Source: Bacteroidales bacterium (GTDB taxonomy: Bacteria > Bacteroidota > Bacteroidia > Bacteroidales > UBA12077). From it: a stretch of DNA of 30,808 nt. Numbering within the stretch: the stretch's first letter is position 1; every line of letters starts with the position of its first letter. The notes beneath the pieces were generated by a model. It searched no databases. It had not been told where the DNA came from and worked only from the letters and a program-made list of their open reading frames with translations. This document shows positions 1 through 10,920 of the stretch, one piece after another. The position numbers were made by a program, and so were the translations under genes. The DNA lies in NCBI GenBank assembly GCA_028282585.1, contig JANQHR010000158.1, positions 1 through 30,808 on the forward strand. The letters run 5' to 3'.

Positions 1-136
1 ACATTAAGGGGAGTGGTGGATATTAAATTTTTCTTATTTCGTGTAGCTAAAATATGGGCTTAACTTTTTATAAATCCACCATAATTTTCAAGTGATCCAG
101 TGATCCCTTCTGTTCTCATCCCCAATATATTCCAAC

Positions 137-167
137 AAAAAATCCAGAACTTTCAGTCCTGGATTTT
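137..167 (-). terminator. Rho-independent terminator downstream of tRNA-Ser
   Basis: Minus strand reads AAAATCCAGGACT-GAA-AGTTCTGGATT followed by a T-run, just past the tRNA 3' end. Confidence 0.8.
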
Positions 168-173
168 ATATCT

Positions 174-262
<89 letters not shown>

Positions 263-271
263 TTTTTTTGA

Positions 272-312
272 GGATTAAGCCTCCCGATAACTATCAGGAC
301 TCCCACCTCTCC
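272..312 (-). repeat. Partial duplicate of tRNA-Ser 5' end with 18-nt palindromic insertion
   Basis: 300..312 equals 250..262 and 272..281 equals 237..246. The 3 nt between them in the tRNA are replaced by tcccgataactatcagga (282..299). Confidence 0.85.
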
Positions 313-324
313 AATAAAGTTGCA

Positions 325-355
325 CAAAAGTAAAAAATAGATCGATATTACCAAA
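325..355 (-). promoter_or_regulatory. Bacteroidota housekeeping promoter for tRNA-Ser
   Basis: Minus strand TTTG (355..352), 19-nt spacer, TACTTTTG (332..325), matching the -33 TTTG / -7 TAnnTTTG consensus. Confidence 0.7.
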
Positions 356-371
356 AATTATCTAATTCTTT

Positions 372-1136
372 TTATTCCTTTGCCTTTATTTTTTTAATCA
401 TTTCAACTGCATTGGTATTCTTTGGATACAATTCCAACGACTTTTCATAACTTTCTATAGCAAGATGGTTTTCTCCCAATTTCATATAAATCTCACCTAA
501 GCTATCCCAGGTATTAAAATTATCCGGATACTCCTTGACGTTTAACTCAAGCACCACTTTGCTTGCTGCCAGCTTTTTCTCCTTCATCAATTTATACCCT
601 AAGGTATTTAATTGATCTGCTCTGTAATTAAAAATATCATCTTTCTTTTTTAAATCATTGTATAAATCCAGTGCCCAATCAATACCTTGGCTATTTATAG
701 TATAGTATAAAGTATCTATTATAGATTTTTTGGGGTTTGAAACATCCAAAATTTCATAATCGAAAACCAATACCGAATTTGGTGGAATTGGTCCTCTTTG
801 TTTATCTCCATAAGCCAGTTTCGGTGGTAAAATAAAAATCCACCGATCGCCAACCCGCATTTTGCCTACTCCTTCTTCTACTCCTTTAATAACACTATTA
901 GTTCCTGTAACAAAATGAAAAGGAGAATTGCTTTCTCGTGTTTCCCAGAAAACTTCTCCATTTTCAAATGTGCCTATACCGTGTAAAGAAACTTCTTTTC
1001 CTTCTTCTACCTTCTCACCTTCACCTTCCTGCAAAATAAAATATTTCAAACCGGTTTCGGTAATAATTGTGTCTTGTTGGGCACTAACACTAATTACGTA
1101 AATCCAAAAACTGATTATGAAAAGAAGTTTTTTCAT
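372..1136 (-). CDS. Exported FKBP-type peptidyl-prolyl isomerase fused to C-terminal TPR
   Basis: Signal peptide; FKBP motifs TETGLKY, VIKGVEEG, LPPKLAYG, IPPNSVLVFDYE; TPR motifs LNTLGY and NTWDSLGEIY...AIESYEKSLELYP. Confidence 0.9.
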   Translation of the reverse strand: MKKLLFIISFWIYVISVSAQQDTIITETGLKYFILQEGEGEKVEEGKEVSLHGIGTFENGEVFWETRESNSPFHFVTGTNSVIKGVEEGVGKMRVGDRWIFILPPKLAYGDKQRGPIPPNSVLVFDYEILDVSNPKKSIIDTLYYTINSQGIDWALDLYNDLKKKDDIFNYRADQLNTLGYKLMKEKKLAASKVVLELNVKEYPDNFNTWDSLGEIYMKLGENHLAIESYEKSLELYPKNTNAVEMIKKIKAKE

Positions 1137-1139
1137 GTA

Positions 1140-2111
1140 CTATTTTTTATCCTTTGGTTTTGAGATAGAATCTCTCATTTTAGTATCTGCCTCAATATTC
1201 TTGAACTTATAATAATCCATAATTCCCAGATTACCTTGTTTAAATGCTTCTGCCATTGCCAATGGAATCTTAACCTCAGCTTCGATAACTTTTGCTCTTG
1301 CTTCCTGAGCTTTTGCTACCATTTCCTGCTCTAATGCAACTGCCATTGCACGTCGTTCTTCTGCTTTAGCTTGAGCAATATTTTTATCGGCATTTGCCTG
1401 ATCCATTTGTAACACAGCACCAATGTTCTTTCCGATATCAATATCAGCTATATCAATTGATAAGATTTCGAATGCAGTACCGGCATCTAAACCTTTCTCA
1501 AGAACCACTCTTGAGATTGAATCAGGATTTTCTAATACTTCTTTATGTGATTCGGCCGAACCGATCGATGAAACGCAACCTTCACCAACACGAGCAAGAA
1601 CTGTATCTTCACCAGCACCACCAACTAATTGTTTAATGTTTGCACGAACTGTTACTCTCGCTTTACAAATTAACTGAATACCATCCTTTGCCACAGCGGT
1701 TACAGGTGGTGTATCAATAACTTTTGGATTAACCGACATTTGAACAGCTTCTAATACATTTCTACCGGCCAGATCAATTGCTGTTGCCATACTAAAAGGT
1801 AGATCAATATTTGCTTTATCCGCTGATACCAATGCATGAACTACGTCAGCAACCCTTCCTCCAGCCAGGTAATGCGCTTCCAATAAATCTCGATATAACT
1901 CAATACCGGCCTTTTTACCTTCGATCATTGCATTTACAATAACTCTGGGCGGAACTTTACGCCAACGCATAAAAATAAGTTGAACTAAAGATATTCTTAC
2001 ACCGGAAACCAGTGCCTGAAACCATAACCCAATTGGAATTAAATATAAAATTAGCCAAAGACCAATAATACTTACAATAATAATTACTAATAATGTTCCT
2101 ACGCTTCCCAT
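1140..2111 (-). CDS. floA: Flotillin-like protein FloA (YqfA/SPFH family)
   Basis: Characteristic [52 protein letters not shown] and GNLGIMDYY motifs. Confidence 0.93.
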   Translation of the reverse strand: MGSVGTLLVIIIVSIIGLWLILYLIPIGLWFQALVSGVRISLVQLIFMRWRKVPPRVIVNAMIEGKKAGIELYRDLLEAHYLAGGRVADVVHALVSADKANIDLPFSMATAIDLAGRNVLEAVQMSVNPKVIDTPPVTAVAKDGIQLICKARVTVRANIKQLVGGAGEDTVLARVGEGCVSSIGSAESHKEVLENPDSISRVVLEKGLDAGTAFEILSIDIADIDIGKNIGAVLQMDQANADKNIAQAKAEERRAMAVALEQEMVAKAQEARAKVIEAEVKIPLAMAEAFKQGNLGIMDYYKFKNIEADTKMRDSISKPKDKK

Positions 2112-2117
2112 AGTATT

Positions 2118-2585
2118 TTAATTTAAAGGTTTAACAATTAATTGTGATCCATCAATCTTTTTAATTTCAACTTTCGTTTTAGGATCTATAAATGAACTCG
2201 AAGATTTCGCTTCGTAAAATTTATTATTTATTTGAACTTTACCATATGGATTTAATCTTGTAACTGTTTCTCCCTGATCACCGAGTTTTAATTCAACTTC
2301 AAGCCCTGTGCTCGTCTTTCCATCAATCTTAGAGTCCAAGGCGATCTTCTCCCAGGTTTTAGACCTTAGCATTATGACTATCGAGAAAATGGAAAAAACC
2401 GCAGTGGATCCTAATATATAATGCCCTGTTGGCACTCCAAAATCTTTGTATCCAAAAAAAACACCAACAATAACTAAAATTGCACCTGCTATTCCTGCTA
2501 CCGTTACTCCTGGTATAATAAGGAATTCAACATAAAAAAGCAGAATTCCCAGAATGATTAATATAATAATTGCGGTTAATGACAT
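2118..2585 (-). CDS. nfeD: Short NfeD-family membrane protein
   Basis: N-terminal TM helices (EFLIIPG...G), C-terminal OB-fold motif G-T-TRLNPYGKV...YEAKS...FI; directly upstream of floA. Confidence 0.85.
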   Translation of the reverse strand: MSLTAIIILIILGILLFYVEFLIIPGVTVAGIAGAILVIVGVFFGYKDFGVPTGHYILGSTAVFSIFSIVIMLRSKTWEKIALDSKIDGKTSTGLEVELKLGDQGETVTRLNPYGKVQINNKFYEAKSSSSFIDPKTKVEIKKIDGSQLIVKPLN

Positions 2586-2589
2586 AATT

Positions 2590-2874
2590 TTAATTTATTG
2601 AAACAATTAATCCTTTATCTAAAAGCTCATTATACATTTCTTTGAGCCGATTGTATTTCCCAATTTTAACATCACATTTCCCACTGTAATGAACTAAATA
2701 AGTACATTGTTCCGCTTGTACAGAATCATGATCACATACCTCAATTAACGAATCAATTACATACATAAAATCATGAACATCATCGTTATGCAAAATCAAA
2801 GAATAATCCTTCCCATCTTGCGGATCCTCTTCTAAATTTGGATTTTTCTCAAATTTTCTTTTACTATTCATCAT
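2590..2874 (-). CDS. clpS: ATP-dependent Clp protease adaptor ClpS
   Basis: LILHNDDVHDF-YVI--L...QAEQC---VHYSGKC-VK-G motif. Confidence 0.92.
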   Translation of the reverse strand: MMNSKRKFEKNPNLEEDPQDGKDYSLILHNDDVHDFMYVIDSLIEVCDHDSVQAEQCTYLVHYSGKCDVKIGKYNRLKEMYNELLDKGLIVSIN

Positions 2875-3077
2875 CTTTTAAATTTAACCTACCAAAGCTT
2901 TAACTTAATTAAATCATAAAATTAATGAATTAATTTTGTAACGAAGAAATAATAAATAATTTATTATTTCTTGTCAAAACTAATCTATACTGTTCATAAA
3001 TATTAGAAATAAAAATACTTATGAATAATCAGGCTAATATACAATTTAAATTATTATAAAAATATTAAATTTTCATG

Positions 3078-5327
3078 TTATTGGGTGATTTTTCTGGCCT
3101 GTTCAAGTGGAATTTGATTTTCGTCAAAATACGCATGTATCTCGACTTTAACAGGCAACATAGGGTCCAATTTATTTTTTATAAATATGGCTTCATCATA
3201 AGAGGTAAAAGACCTAATTAAAAACTTTGAGATTTCATTCTTATCTTCGATATAAAATTCTAAATTCTCTGTCAAGGAGTACCGGATGCTATCAATCATT
3301 GTTGAATCCTGAAGATTTATTTGTCCTTTTAAAACAAAAATAATTTTTGGTTGATCTTTAACGGAATCAGAAACCTCCTTTCCCAGATTTTCATCCGGAA
3401 TAGGAATCTCTCTGTCAGATTCTATCTTAACCGCATTTTTTACAGGAATTATTTCTCCATCGTTAAAAGCAACAATATATGAATCCCTAAAGCCTTTGGA
3501 CTTTATTAATCCCATATTTTTTTCCGCTTCTTTTAACTGAAAGAATTTACCTGCAAAATACTTTCTTATTTTACTGTCTTCTTTTTTAATCGCAGATAGA
3601 GGCGTGAGTCCTTTAAATATTGATGGGGCTTTCTCGGAACTAAAAGCTCCCAATTGGACCATATAAATAACTCCATCAGGTAACGATTCATTAAAAGGTA
3701 TAGGGTTTTGAGCATTATAAATGGAAGGATTTTCAATTCTTAAACCGAAATCAAGAAAATTTAAACTATCCTCTTCAACAGTATCTTCAACTAACACTAA
3801 TTTTTTGATACTTATTGAATCCGGAATGGGTTCATAATAGAAATTATTCTCCTCATCCTTTGTTTCTTCAATTTCTTCTTCTTTTTTTACTTCCTCGTAA
3901 ATCACTTTTTTTGATGCTAAATTTAACTGCTCTATTTCTCGAACCTGCGCATAACAGTTATCTGCATTTCTTTGTAAACCGTAAATTTCTCGCTCAAGTT
4001 CAACAATTACATTAGATAATTGAGCTCTTTCTTGTCCATCTCCAGTTACATCAAATATACTTCTCTTTTCATCTATAATCCATCTTAAAGAGTCTGCTTT
4101 AAGCTGATAACTAATAGCTAAATTTAATAAACTATCATATCTTGTTTTATATAAAAAGTCCTCGTCATTTTTTATTTTTATCAAATCTTTCTGGTCGGTC
4201 TGATATTTCAATTTGGATTCCGGTTCGCCTTCATTTTCAATGCTGGCATTTACCTTTAGTCTCGCATATTCTAAAATCTCGTTATGATCTTTAATCTCAA
4301 CATAAGGTTCTGAAGTGGTCAATTTTATATGATATACATCCAACCTGTTTGGCTCTTTTTCGCGGTTAGACGCAAACATCGCACTACGCTTATTAGGTGA
4401 GGCTACAAATAAAACGTCATCATATGGAGAATTCACCGGAAAATCAAGATTCTCTGGTTCTGTCCATTTTTGTTCGCTCCAGTTCCAGGTACTTTTATAA
4501 AGATCATAACCTCCCATACTATAGTGTCCTTTTGAAGCAAAATATAAAGTAGAACCATCAAAATGCAGAAAAGGATAATTCTCATCGAAAGGAGTATTTA
4601 TAACCTCACCCAGATTCTCAGGCTCACTCCACGATGTATCGCTAAGTTGAGTTATTTTGTAAATATCATAATCACCACGTTTATCATTTCTTTTAGCAAA
4701 ATAACGTTCACGACCATCATCCGGAACAAATAAAATAGAATTATCATCCAATGAATCCTTTTGCAGGTTAAAATAATCGTATGCATCAGTAAAATAACCT
4801 TCTAAGTTATCCAACGTATAATTTCTGTAAAATTCTTTTTCAGCATATTTATTCTTGCTATAAACTGTAGGTTTTTGAATATACTTAGTAAGATAAAGTC
4901 CATTTTGAGCCATTGATTTGTAGATTTGATAATCTGTGTTTTTTAATCTTTTTCTATCCGCATTTTTTTCAAACCAATCAAAACTTTTAACAGCTCTTTC
5001 GAATTGATAATTTCGCAAATATGCTATTCCCAGATAATAATATACATCTACAGTAATATTTTTTGAAGAAGCATATCTCAAATATGGTATTGCCTGATTT
5101 GGGTCTTTTTCCAAATTCAAAAGACATAACCCCGTATAATACTGGTAAGTAGGGTCCTTCGGATATTGTCTAAGCATTTTCAGAAAATATGGACAAGCCT
5201 CTTTGTAATTCTTATTCTCAATATTTTCAAAAGCATCTTTTAACTCATCATACTCAGAATTGGTTTGAGCACTAATTTCAAACAACACCAAAAAACATAA
5301 AAAAAAGATTAAAAGATATTTTCCCAT
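3078..5327 (-). CDS. Exported TPR + PD40 (WD40-like) repeat + coiled-coil + SPOR-like domain protein
   Basis: Signal peptide; TPR (YQYYTGLC, VYYYLGIAY); PD40 (WSEPENLGEVINTPFDENYP...LYFASKGH-SMGGYDLY); SPOR-like YMVQLGAFS...KYFAGKF...GFRDSYIVAF. Confidence 0.8.
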   Translation of the reverse strand: MGKYLLIFFLCFLVLFEISAQTNSEYDELKDAFENIENKNYKEACPYFLKMLRQYPKDPTYQYYTGLCLLNLEKDPNQAIPYLRYASSKNITVDVYYYLGIAYLRNYQFERAVKSFDWFEKNADRKRLKNTDYQIYKSMAQNGLYLTKYIQKPTVYSKNKYAEKEFYRNYTLDNLEGYFTDAYDYFNLQKDSLDDNSILFVPDDGRERYFAKRNDKRGDYDIYKITQLSDTSWSEPENLGEVINTPFDENYPFLHFDGSTLYFASKGHYSMGGYDLYKSTWNWSEQKWTEPENLDFPVNSPYDDVLFVASPNKRSAMFASNREKEPNRLDVYHIKLTTSEPYVEIKDHNEILEYARLKVNASIENEGEPESKLKYQTDQKDLIKIKNDEDFLYKTRYDSLLNLAISYQLKADSLRWIIDEKRSIFDVTGDGQERAQLSNVIVELEREIYGLQRNADNCYAQVREIEQLNLASKKVIYEEVKKEEEIEETKDEENNFYYEPIPDSISIKKLVLVEDTVEEDSLNFLDFGLRIENPSIYNAQNPIPFNESLPDGVIYMVQLGAFSSEKAPSIFKGLTPLSAIKKEDSKIRKYFAGKFFQLKEAEKNMGLIKSKGFRDSYIVAFNDGEIIPVKNAVKIESDREIPIPDENLGKEVSDSVKDQPKIIFVLKGQINLQDSTMIDSIRYSLTENLEFYIEDKNEISKFLIRSFTSYDEAIFIKNKLDPMLPVKVEIHAYFDENQIPLEQARKITQ

Positions 5328-5533
5328 TTAATTCGAATACATACTTGAATTCAACAAATTTAATACACCTTCAACACACGAAAAAGAAAATCACCGATAA
5401 GTTTTATAATTTTACAATTCAAGAGCTTAACTTCAATAATCATTTTGTTGATAAAAGAATGGTAAACAATAAAACTCAAATACCGTCTTATCAATGATAT
5501 TTTTTAATTTTACAAATCTTAAACTTAATCGTT

Positions 5534-5998
5534 ATGGCAAATTTAAAAGTTGGAAATCAGGCTCCTCAGTTTTCAGGAGTTGATCAAAATGGGGAATCAA
5601 TATCATTAGATGACTATAAAGGTAAAAAAGTAGTTCTATATTTTTATCCTAAGGACAATACTCCAGGTTGTACAGCCGAAGCCTGTAATTTAAGAGATAA
5701 TTATTCAGATCTGATCAATAAGGGATTAGATGTTATTGGAGTTAGTCCTGATTCGGAAAAATCACACCAAAAATTCATTGAAAAGTATGAATTACCTTTT
5801 AAGTTAATTTCTGATCCTGACAAAGAAATATTAAATTTATATAATGCATGGGGCGAAAAGAAAATGTATGGAAAAACTTATGATGGAGTATTAAGAAAAA
5901 CATACATCATTTCTGAAAATCAAACCATAGAGGCTATATTTGAAAAGGTTAAAACAAAAGATCACACCAATCAGATATACCAGGAATTAAAAATCTAA
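5534..5998 (+). CDS. bcp: Thioredoxin-dependent thiol peroxidase (BCP/PrxQ)
   Basis: [17 protein letters not shown] active-site motif. Confidence 0.95.
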   Translation: MANLKVGNQAPQFSGVDQNGESISLDDYKGKKVVLYFYPKDNTPGCTAEACNLRDNYSDLINKGLDVIGVSPDSEKSHQKFIEKYELPFKLISDPDKEILNLYNAWGEKKMYGKTYDGVLRKTYIISENQTIEAIFEKVKTKDHTNQIYQELKI

Positions 5999-6017
5999 AA
6001 AAGCTAATTACATTACC

Positions 6018-7046
6018 ATGGAGAAAGAGAAAGAAAAAAAAGACAACAACATTAATAAAGAAAAATTAAAAGCTCTTCAGCTAACACTCGACAAAATTGA
6101 TAAGGATTACGGAAAAGGAACCATTATGAAAATGGGTGATCATGCTATTGCTGACGTTCCTTCTATCTCATCAGGATCAATTTCACTGAACATGGCTTTG
6201 GGTGTTGGAGGTTTTCCCAGAGGTCGCGTAATAGAAATATACGGGCCAGAATCTTCCGGAAAAACTACTTTAGCTATCCATGCCATTGCTGAAGCTCAAA
6301 AAACAGGAGGTATTGCAGCAATTATTGATGCAGAGCATGCATTTGATCGTTTTTATGCAGAAAAACTGGGCGTTGACGTTGAAAATCTTTTAATTTCTCA
6401 ACCCGATAATGGTGAACAAGCACTGGAAATTGCAGACCATTTAATTCGTTCAGGAGCAATTGATGTTATTGTAATTGACTCCGTGGCTGCTCTTACACCA
6501 AAAGCAGAAATAGAAGGTGACATGGGAGATTCCCGAATGGGATTACAAGCGCGTTTAATGTCGCAAGCCTTACGTAAGCTTACTGCAAATATTAATAAAA
6601 CTAATACCTGCTGTATTTTCATTAACCAGTTACGTGAAAAAATTGGCGTTATGTTTGGAAATCCTGAAACAACAACAGGTGGTAATGCTCTAAAATTTTA
6701 TGCTTCAATAAGAATCGACATTCGAAGAATTGGCCAGATTAAGGATGGTGAAGATGTTTCAGGAAACAGAACACGTGTTAAAATTGTAAAAAATAAATTA
6801 GCTCCACCATTCAAAAAAGCTGAGTTTGATATTATGTATGGAGAAGGGATTTCGAAAATTGGCGAAATCATTGATTTAGGTGTCGAACGAGAAGTTGTTA
6901 AAAAAAGTGGATCTTGGTTTAGTTATGGAGAAACCAAATTAGGACAAGGACGTGAAGCTGTAAAACAACTTCTTAAAGATAATCCTGAATTAGCAGAAGA
7001 ACTGGAAACTAAAATCACTGATTCGTTTAAAAATAACCAAGAATAA
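6018..7046 (+). CDS. recA: Recombinase RecA
   Basis: [30 protein letters not shown] and [12 protein letters not shown] motifs. Confidence 0.99.
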   Translation: MEKEKEKKDNNINKEKLKALQLTLDKIDKDYGKGTIMKMGDHAIADVPSISSGSISLNMALGVGGFPRGRVIEIYGPESSGKTTLAIHAIAEAQKTGGIAAIIDAEHAFDRFYAEKLGVDVENLLISQPDNGEQALEIADHLIRSGAIDVIVIDSVAALTPKAEIEGDMGDSRMGLQARLMSQALRKLTANINKTNTCCIFINQLREKIGVMFGNPETTTGGNALKFYASIRIDIRRIGQIKDGEDVSGNRTRVKIVKNKLAPPFKKAEFDIMYGEGISKIGEIIDLGVEREVVKKSGSWFSYGETKLGQGREAVKQLLKDNPELAEELETKITDSFKNNQE

Positions 7047-7052
7047 TATATC

Positions 7053-9137
7053 ATGAAAAAACTATTAATCCTTACAGGAGTTCTATTATCAAGCTTGCTT
7101 ATTTCTTGCACAAATGAACAAGCAATGGATATCGGCAATCCTGTTGATCAAATTGAACTAACTTCAAGTATCATGACTCCAGAAGTACTTTGGTCCTTTG
7201 GTCGAGTTAACGGTATAGAAATCTCTCCCGATCATTCTCAATTTTTGTTTGGGGTTTCATTTTACAGTATTGAGGAAAATAGAGGTAACCGAGAAATATT
7301 TATAATGCCTACCGATGGTGGTGAAGCAATAAATATTACAAATACTGAATTTGGTGAGTATTCGGTAAAATGGCGCCCAGATGGAAAAAAAATCGGATTT
7401 CTTAGCACGGAAAGTGGTAATCTACAATTATGGGAAATGAATCCGGACGGTTCAGGCAGAACTCAAATTTCAAATATCGAAGGTGGTATAAATGGATTCA
7501 AATACTCTCCAGACCAAACAAAAGTAGTTTATATTAAAGATGTTAAACTGGATAAAACAGTAAATGAACTTCATCCTGATTTACCAAAAGCAGAGGCAAG
7601 AGTAGAAACTGATTTAATGTACCGCCATTGGGATGAGTGGCACGATTATGCTTATAGCCACATTTTCATAGCCGACTATGATGGAAATTCGTTAAGCAAT
7701 TCTATAAATATTATGGAAGGCGAAAGATTCGACAGCCCCATGAATCCTTTTGGAGGGATGGAACAAATTAACTGGAGCCCTGATAGTAAAGAATTAACAT
7801 ACACTTGCAAGAAAATGGCTGGGAAGGCATATACACTTTCAACTAATTCTGCAATTTACATTTATAATCTTGAAACCAAAGAAACAAAGAACATAACCGA
7901 AGGATTAATGGGCTATGATGTAAGTGCTGTTTTCTCTCCTGACGGAAAAATGATTGCTTGGGAAAGCATGGAACGTGATGGTTACGAATCTGATCAAAAT
8001 CGTCTTTTTATTCTTGACTTTGAAACTGGTGAAAGAAAAGATTATACAGCAGATTTCGATCAGGATGTTCATGGATTATCGTGGGCAGATGATAGTAAAT
8101 CGATCTATTTTACGAGCGACTATCATGCTCGTTTTCAGATTTACAATTTAAATGTTGAAACTGGGAAAATAAATCAAATTACCGAAGGCGTTCATAATTA
8201 TAGGTCTGCTCATCCTTTTGGAAATAAACTAATTGGTACAAAACAAAGCATGACTAAACCAACAGAAGTTTTTGCAATAAATCCTGAAACCGGAAAAGAA
8301 ACTCAACTTTCTTTTATTAACAAAAAACTCCATGATCAGCTTACCTATGGTAAGGTTGAAGAACGTTGGGTAAAAACAACGGATAATAAAGACATGCTTG
8401 TATGGGTAATTTATCCGCCTAATTTTGATCCGAACAAAAAATACCCTGCGTTGCTTTATTGCCAGGGCGGACCTCATAGTTCGGTTAGTCAATTTTATTC
8501 ATTCCGCTGGAATTTCCAAATGATGGCCGCTAACGATTACATCATTGTTGCTCCTAACCGCCGCGGATTACCTTCGTTTGGTAAAGAATGGAACGATCAG
8601 ATCTCAGGTGATTATGGTGGTCAAAACATGAAGGATTATTTCAGTGCTATCGATGCGGTTTCAAAAGAACCATTTGTAGATAAAAACAATTTAGGCGCTA
8701 TTGGCGCAAGCTACGGAGGATACTCTGTATTCTGGATTGCAGGACATCACGAAGGGCGTTTTGATGCATTTATATCTCATTGTGGTATTTTTAATTTTGA
8801 TGCAATGTATCTTTCAACTGAAGAAATGTTTTTTGTTAACTGGGACATGGGTGGTCCTTATTGGGATAAATCAAACAAAAATACATATGACAACTCGCCA
8901 CATAGGTTTGTGGACAAATGGGATACTCCAATCATGGTAATACATGGTGAAAAGGATTTTCGTATTCCTTATACACAGGGAATGAGTGCATTTAATGCTG
9001 CACAATTAAGAGGAATACCAAGCAAATATTTACACTTTCCTTACGAAAACCATTGGGTACTTAGCCCTCAGAATGGAATTTTATGGCAACGCGAATTCTT
9101 TAGTTGGCTTGATCAATGGCTAAAGGACGAAGAATAA
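7053..9137 (+). CDS. S9-family (prolyl oligopeptidase/DPP5-like) serine peptidase, predicted lipoprotein
   Basis: Lipobox LISC; beta-propeller repeats (WSPD/FSPD); QGGP, catalytic GASYGG, HGEKDFRIP and ENHW. Confidence 0.92.
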   Translation: MKKLLILTGVLLSSLLISCTNEQAMDIGNPVDQIELTSSIMTPEVLWSFGRVNGIEISPDHSQFLFGVSFYSIEENRGNREIFIMPTDGGEAINITNTEFGEYSVKWRPDGKKIGFLSTESGNLQLWEMNPDGSGRTQISNIEGGINGFKYSPDQTKVVYIKDVKLDKTVNELHPDLPKAEARVETDLMYRHWDEWHDYAYSHIFIADYDGNSLSNSINIMEGERFDSPMNPFGGMEQINWSPDSKELTYTCKKMAGKAYTLSTNSAIYIYNLETKETKNITEGLMGYDVSAVFSPDGKMIAWESMERDGYESDQNRLFILDFETGERKDYTADFDQDVHGLSWADDSKSIYFTSDYHARFQIYNLNVETGKINQITEGVHNYRSAHPFGNKLIGTKQSMTKPTEVFAINPETGKETQLSFINKKLHDQLTYGKVEERWVKTTDNKDMLVWVIYPPNFDPNKKYPALLYCQGGPHSSVSQFYSFRWNFQMMAANDYIIVAPNRRGLPSFGKEWNDQISGDYGGQNMKDYFSAIDAVSKEPFVDKNNLGAIGASYGGYSVFWIAGHHEGRFDAFISHCGIFNFDAMYLSTEEMFFVNWDMGGPYWDKSNKNTYDNSPHRFVDKWDTPIMVIHGEKDFRIPYTQGMSAFNAAQLRGIPSKYLHFPYENHWVLSPQNGILWQREFFSWLDQWLKDEE

Positions 9138-9163
9138 AACAAAATGAACTGCAATATTCTTTC

Positions 9164-9196
9164 AAAGGCTGGATGTAAATCCAGCTTTTTGTTTTT
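9164..9196 (+). terminator. Rho-independent terminator of bcp-recA-peptidase
   Basis: GCTGGAT-GTAA-ATCCAGC followed by TTTTTGTTTTT. Confidence 0.85.
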
Positions 9197-9239
9197 ATGT
9201 TAGAATAATGTAAATTTATTCTTTATTGATTCGTTAACA

Positions 9240-9629
9240 ATGCAAGCAGTTTTTCATTTTCTTTTAATGGTAGTGTTTTTAATTATTTATGTTTTAGCAT
9301 TTATAATTGTAAAACCTTTATTATTAAATCATAAAAGATTAATTTCAACATTAAGCCTGAAGATAACCTATCTTTTATATCTTCTGGTGCTATTAATTAG
9401 CGTTTATCTGTTCATGTTTTACGGACCCAGCGATATAGAAAATCAATTAAGCGAAGCCTTTTTCTTTTCATTGTTATTTAGCTTGTTTATTCCAAACCTA
9501 GGAATACTTTTCAGGAGAAACTTTAAAAAATATCGCGAACATTATAATTACATCTTTTCATTTATAAATTTAGCGATAACAGTGTTTATCATTTATAAAC
9601 TCGAGCAGTTTAATTGGTTCTTATTTTAA
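9240..9629 (+). CDS. Hypothetical membrane protein (about 4 TM)
   Basis: 129-aa ORF with four hydrophobic stretches; fills the gap and its stop overlaps the convergent miaA stop by 4 bp. Confidence 0.7.
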   Translation: MQAVFHFLLMVVFLIIYVLAFIIVKPLLLNHKRLISTLSLKITYLLYLLVLLISVYLFMFYGPSDIENQLSEAFFFSLLFSLFIPNLGILFRRNFKKYREHYNYIFSFINLAITVFIIYKLEQFNWFLF

Positions 9630-10546
9630 TCCTTAAGTAATTGTAAAATTCGATCTGTTTTTTCTTTCATTGGTGCATAACCATCAATCCAGTAAATTTT
9701 AAATCCTTTTCTTTCCATTCCTCTAAACCAAGTCATTTGGCGTTTTGCAAATTGATGTATGGCAATTTCTAACTGTTTAAACATTTCATCATAAGAGATT
9801 TCTCCTATTATATATTGAGTGAGGTATTTATATTCTAATCCATAGTAAATTAAATCTTCCGATGCTACTCCCCGATCAAGAATTCCTTTTACCTCTTCAA
9901 CCATTCCTTCTTTCAAGCGTAGCTTTAACCTTTCCGAGATTCTTCTACGACGTGAATTTCTATCGAACTTAATTCCTACGATCAAAGAATTAATATCAGG
10001 AAAATAATCATCGATATCTTTCGATTCATCATAATATGTTTCTATCTCAATAGCTCGTATTACACGCTTTCTGGAATCAACATCAGTTGTATTATGAAGT
10101 TTTTTAAATGATCTTAAAATTTGAATCAGTTCTTCTGTTTCTTTTTTTTCTAACTCTTTCCTTAACTCAGGATTTGCAGGAACCTGAATCAATTTGTAAC
10201 CTTTGAGTATCGCTTCAAGATACATTCCCGATCCTCCACAAAAAACAGGAAATGTTTTTCTTGATTGTATATCCGCATATACATCTAAAAAATCCTTTTG
10301 ATATTCATAAATATTGTATTTATATCCGGCTTCCACAATATCAATTAAATGATATGGTATTTGCCTACCCTCCACTATATAATCTTCCAGGTCTTTCCCG
10401 GTTCCCAGATCCATTCCCCTATAAACCTGTCTGGAATCTGCACTTATGATTTCTCCATTGAGAATATAGGCCATTCGAGCTGCAACAGATGTTTTCCCCC
10501 CTGCCGTAGCTCCCAGTATTGTAAGCATGTCATATTTCAATTCCAT
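9626..10546 (-). CDS. miaA: tRNA (adenosine(37)-N6)-dimethylallyltransferase
   Basis: GATAGGKT P-loop, EIISADSRQVYRGMDLGTGK, GGSGMY, FAKRQMTWFR. Confidence 0.96.
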   Translation of the reverse strand: MELKYDMLTILGATAGGKTSVAARMAYILNGEIISADSRQVYRGMDLGTGKDLEDYIVEGRQIPYHLIDIVEAGYKYNIYEYQKDFLDVYADIQSRKTFPVFCGGSGMYLEAILKGYKLIQVPANPELRKELEKKETEELIQILRSFKKLHNTTDVDSRKRVIRAIEIETYYDESKDIDDYFPDINSLIVGIKFDRNSRRRRISERLKLRLKEGMVEEVKGILDRGVASEDLIYYGLEYKYLTQYIIGEISYDEMFKQLEIAIHQFAKRQMTWFRGMERKGFKIYWIDGYAPMKEKTDRILQLLKD

Positions 10547-10643
10547 ATATTTACTCTTATTTAATGATCCTAAAATCCTATCAGGGTATTAATGACATAA
10601 CAGTAATTTAAAATACATCTTTCATTTTATTTCATAAAAATAT

Positions 10644-10870
10644 CTATTTTGTTCTATGAAATAATTTAAATTCTTCTTTTGAATTAAGCCAGCCCATTGT
10701 TTCTCCCAGATTTATTCTTTTTATTTTTTTAAAAACCAGATCATTATAATTATTGTATAAAAGTAGAAAATGTTCATAATTCTTTTTCCTCGAAATAGTA
10801 CTTCCCTATTTATTCCTCGGTTGTAAATTTGAAAATACCAGTCATTTTCAAGAGGTATAATTATACTCAT
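10644..10870 (-). pseudogene. Internally deleted, frameshifted REP-associated tyrosine transposase (RAYT/IS200-like) relic
   Basis: My translation from ATG 10870 gives MSIIIPLENDWYFQIYNRGINREVLFR. A 1-nt shift near the A-run at 10787..10783 continues NYEHFLLLYNNYNDLVFKKIKRINLGETMGWLNSKEEFKLFHRTK* (stop 10644). This resembles the N- and C-termini of Bacteroidota RAYTs as I recall them; the HUH core is absent. Confidence 0.7.
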
Positions 10871-10920
10871 TTATTAATGTTTTCTGCTAATTTAAAGATT
10901 TTTACCGATTTCTTTTTAAT

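Noticed and set aside
5534-7046. bcp-recA adjacency as a novel operon
   Set aside because: Already described in Bacteroides and Porphyromonas.
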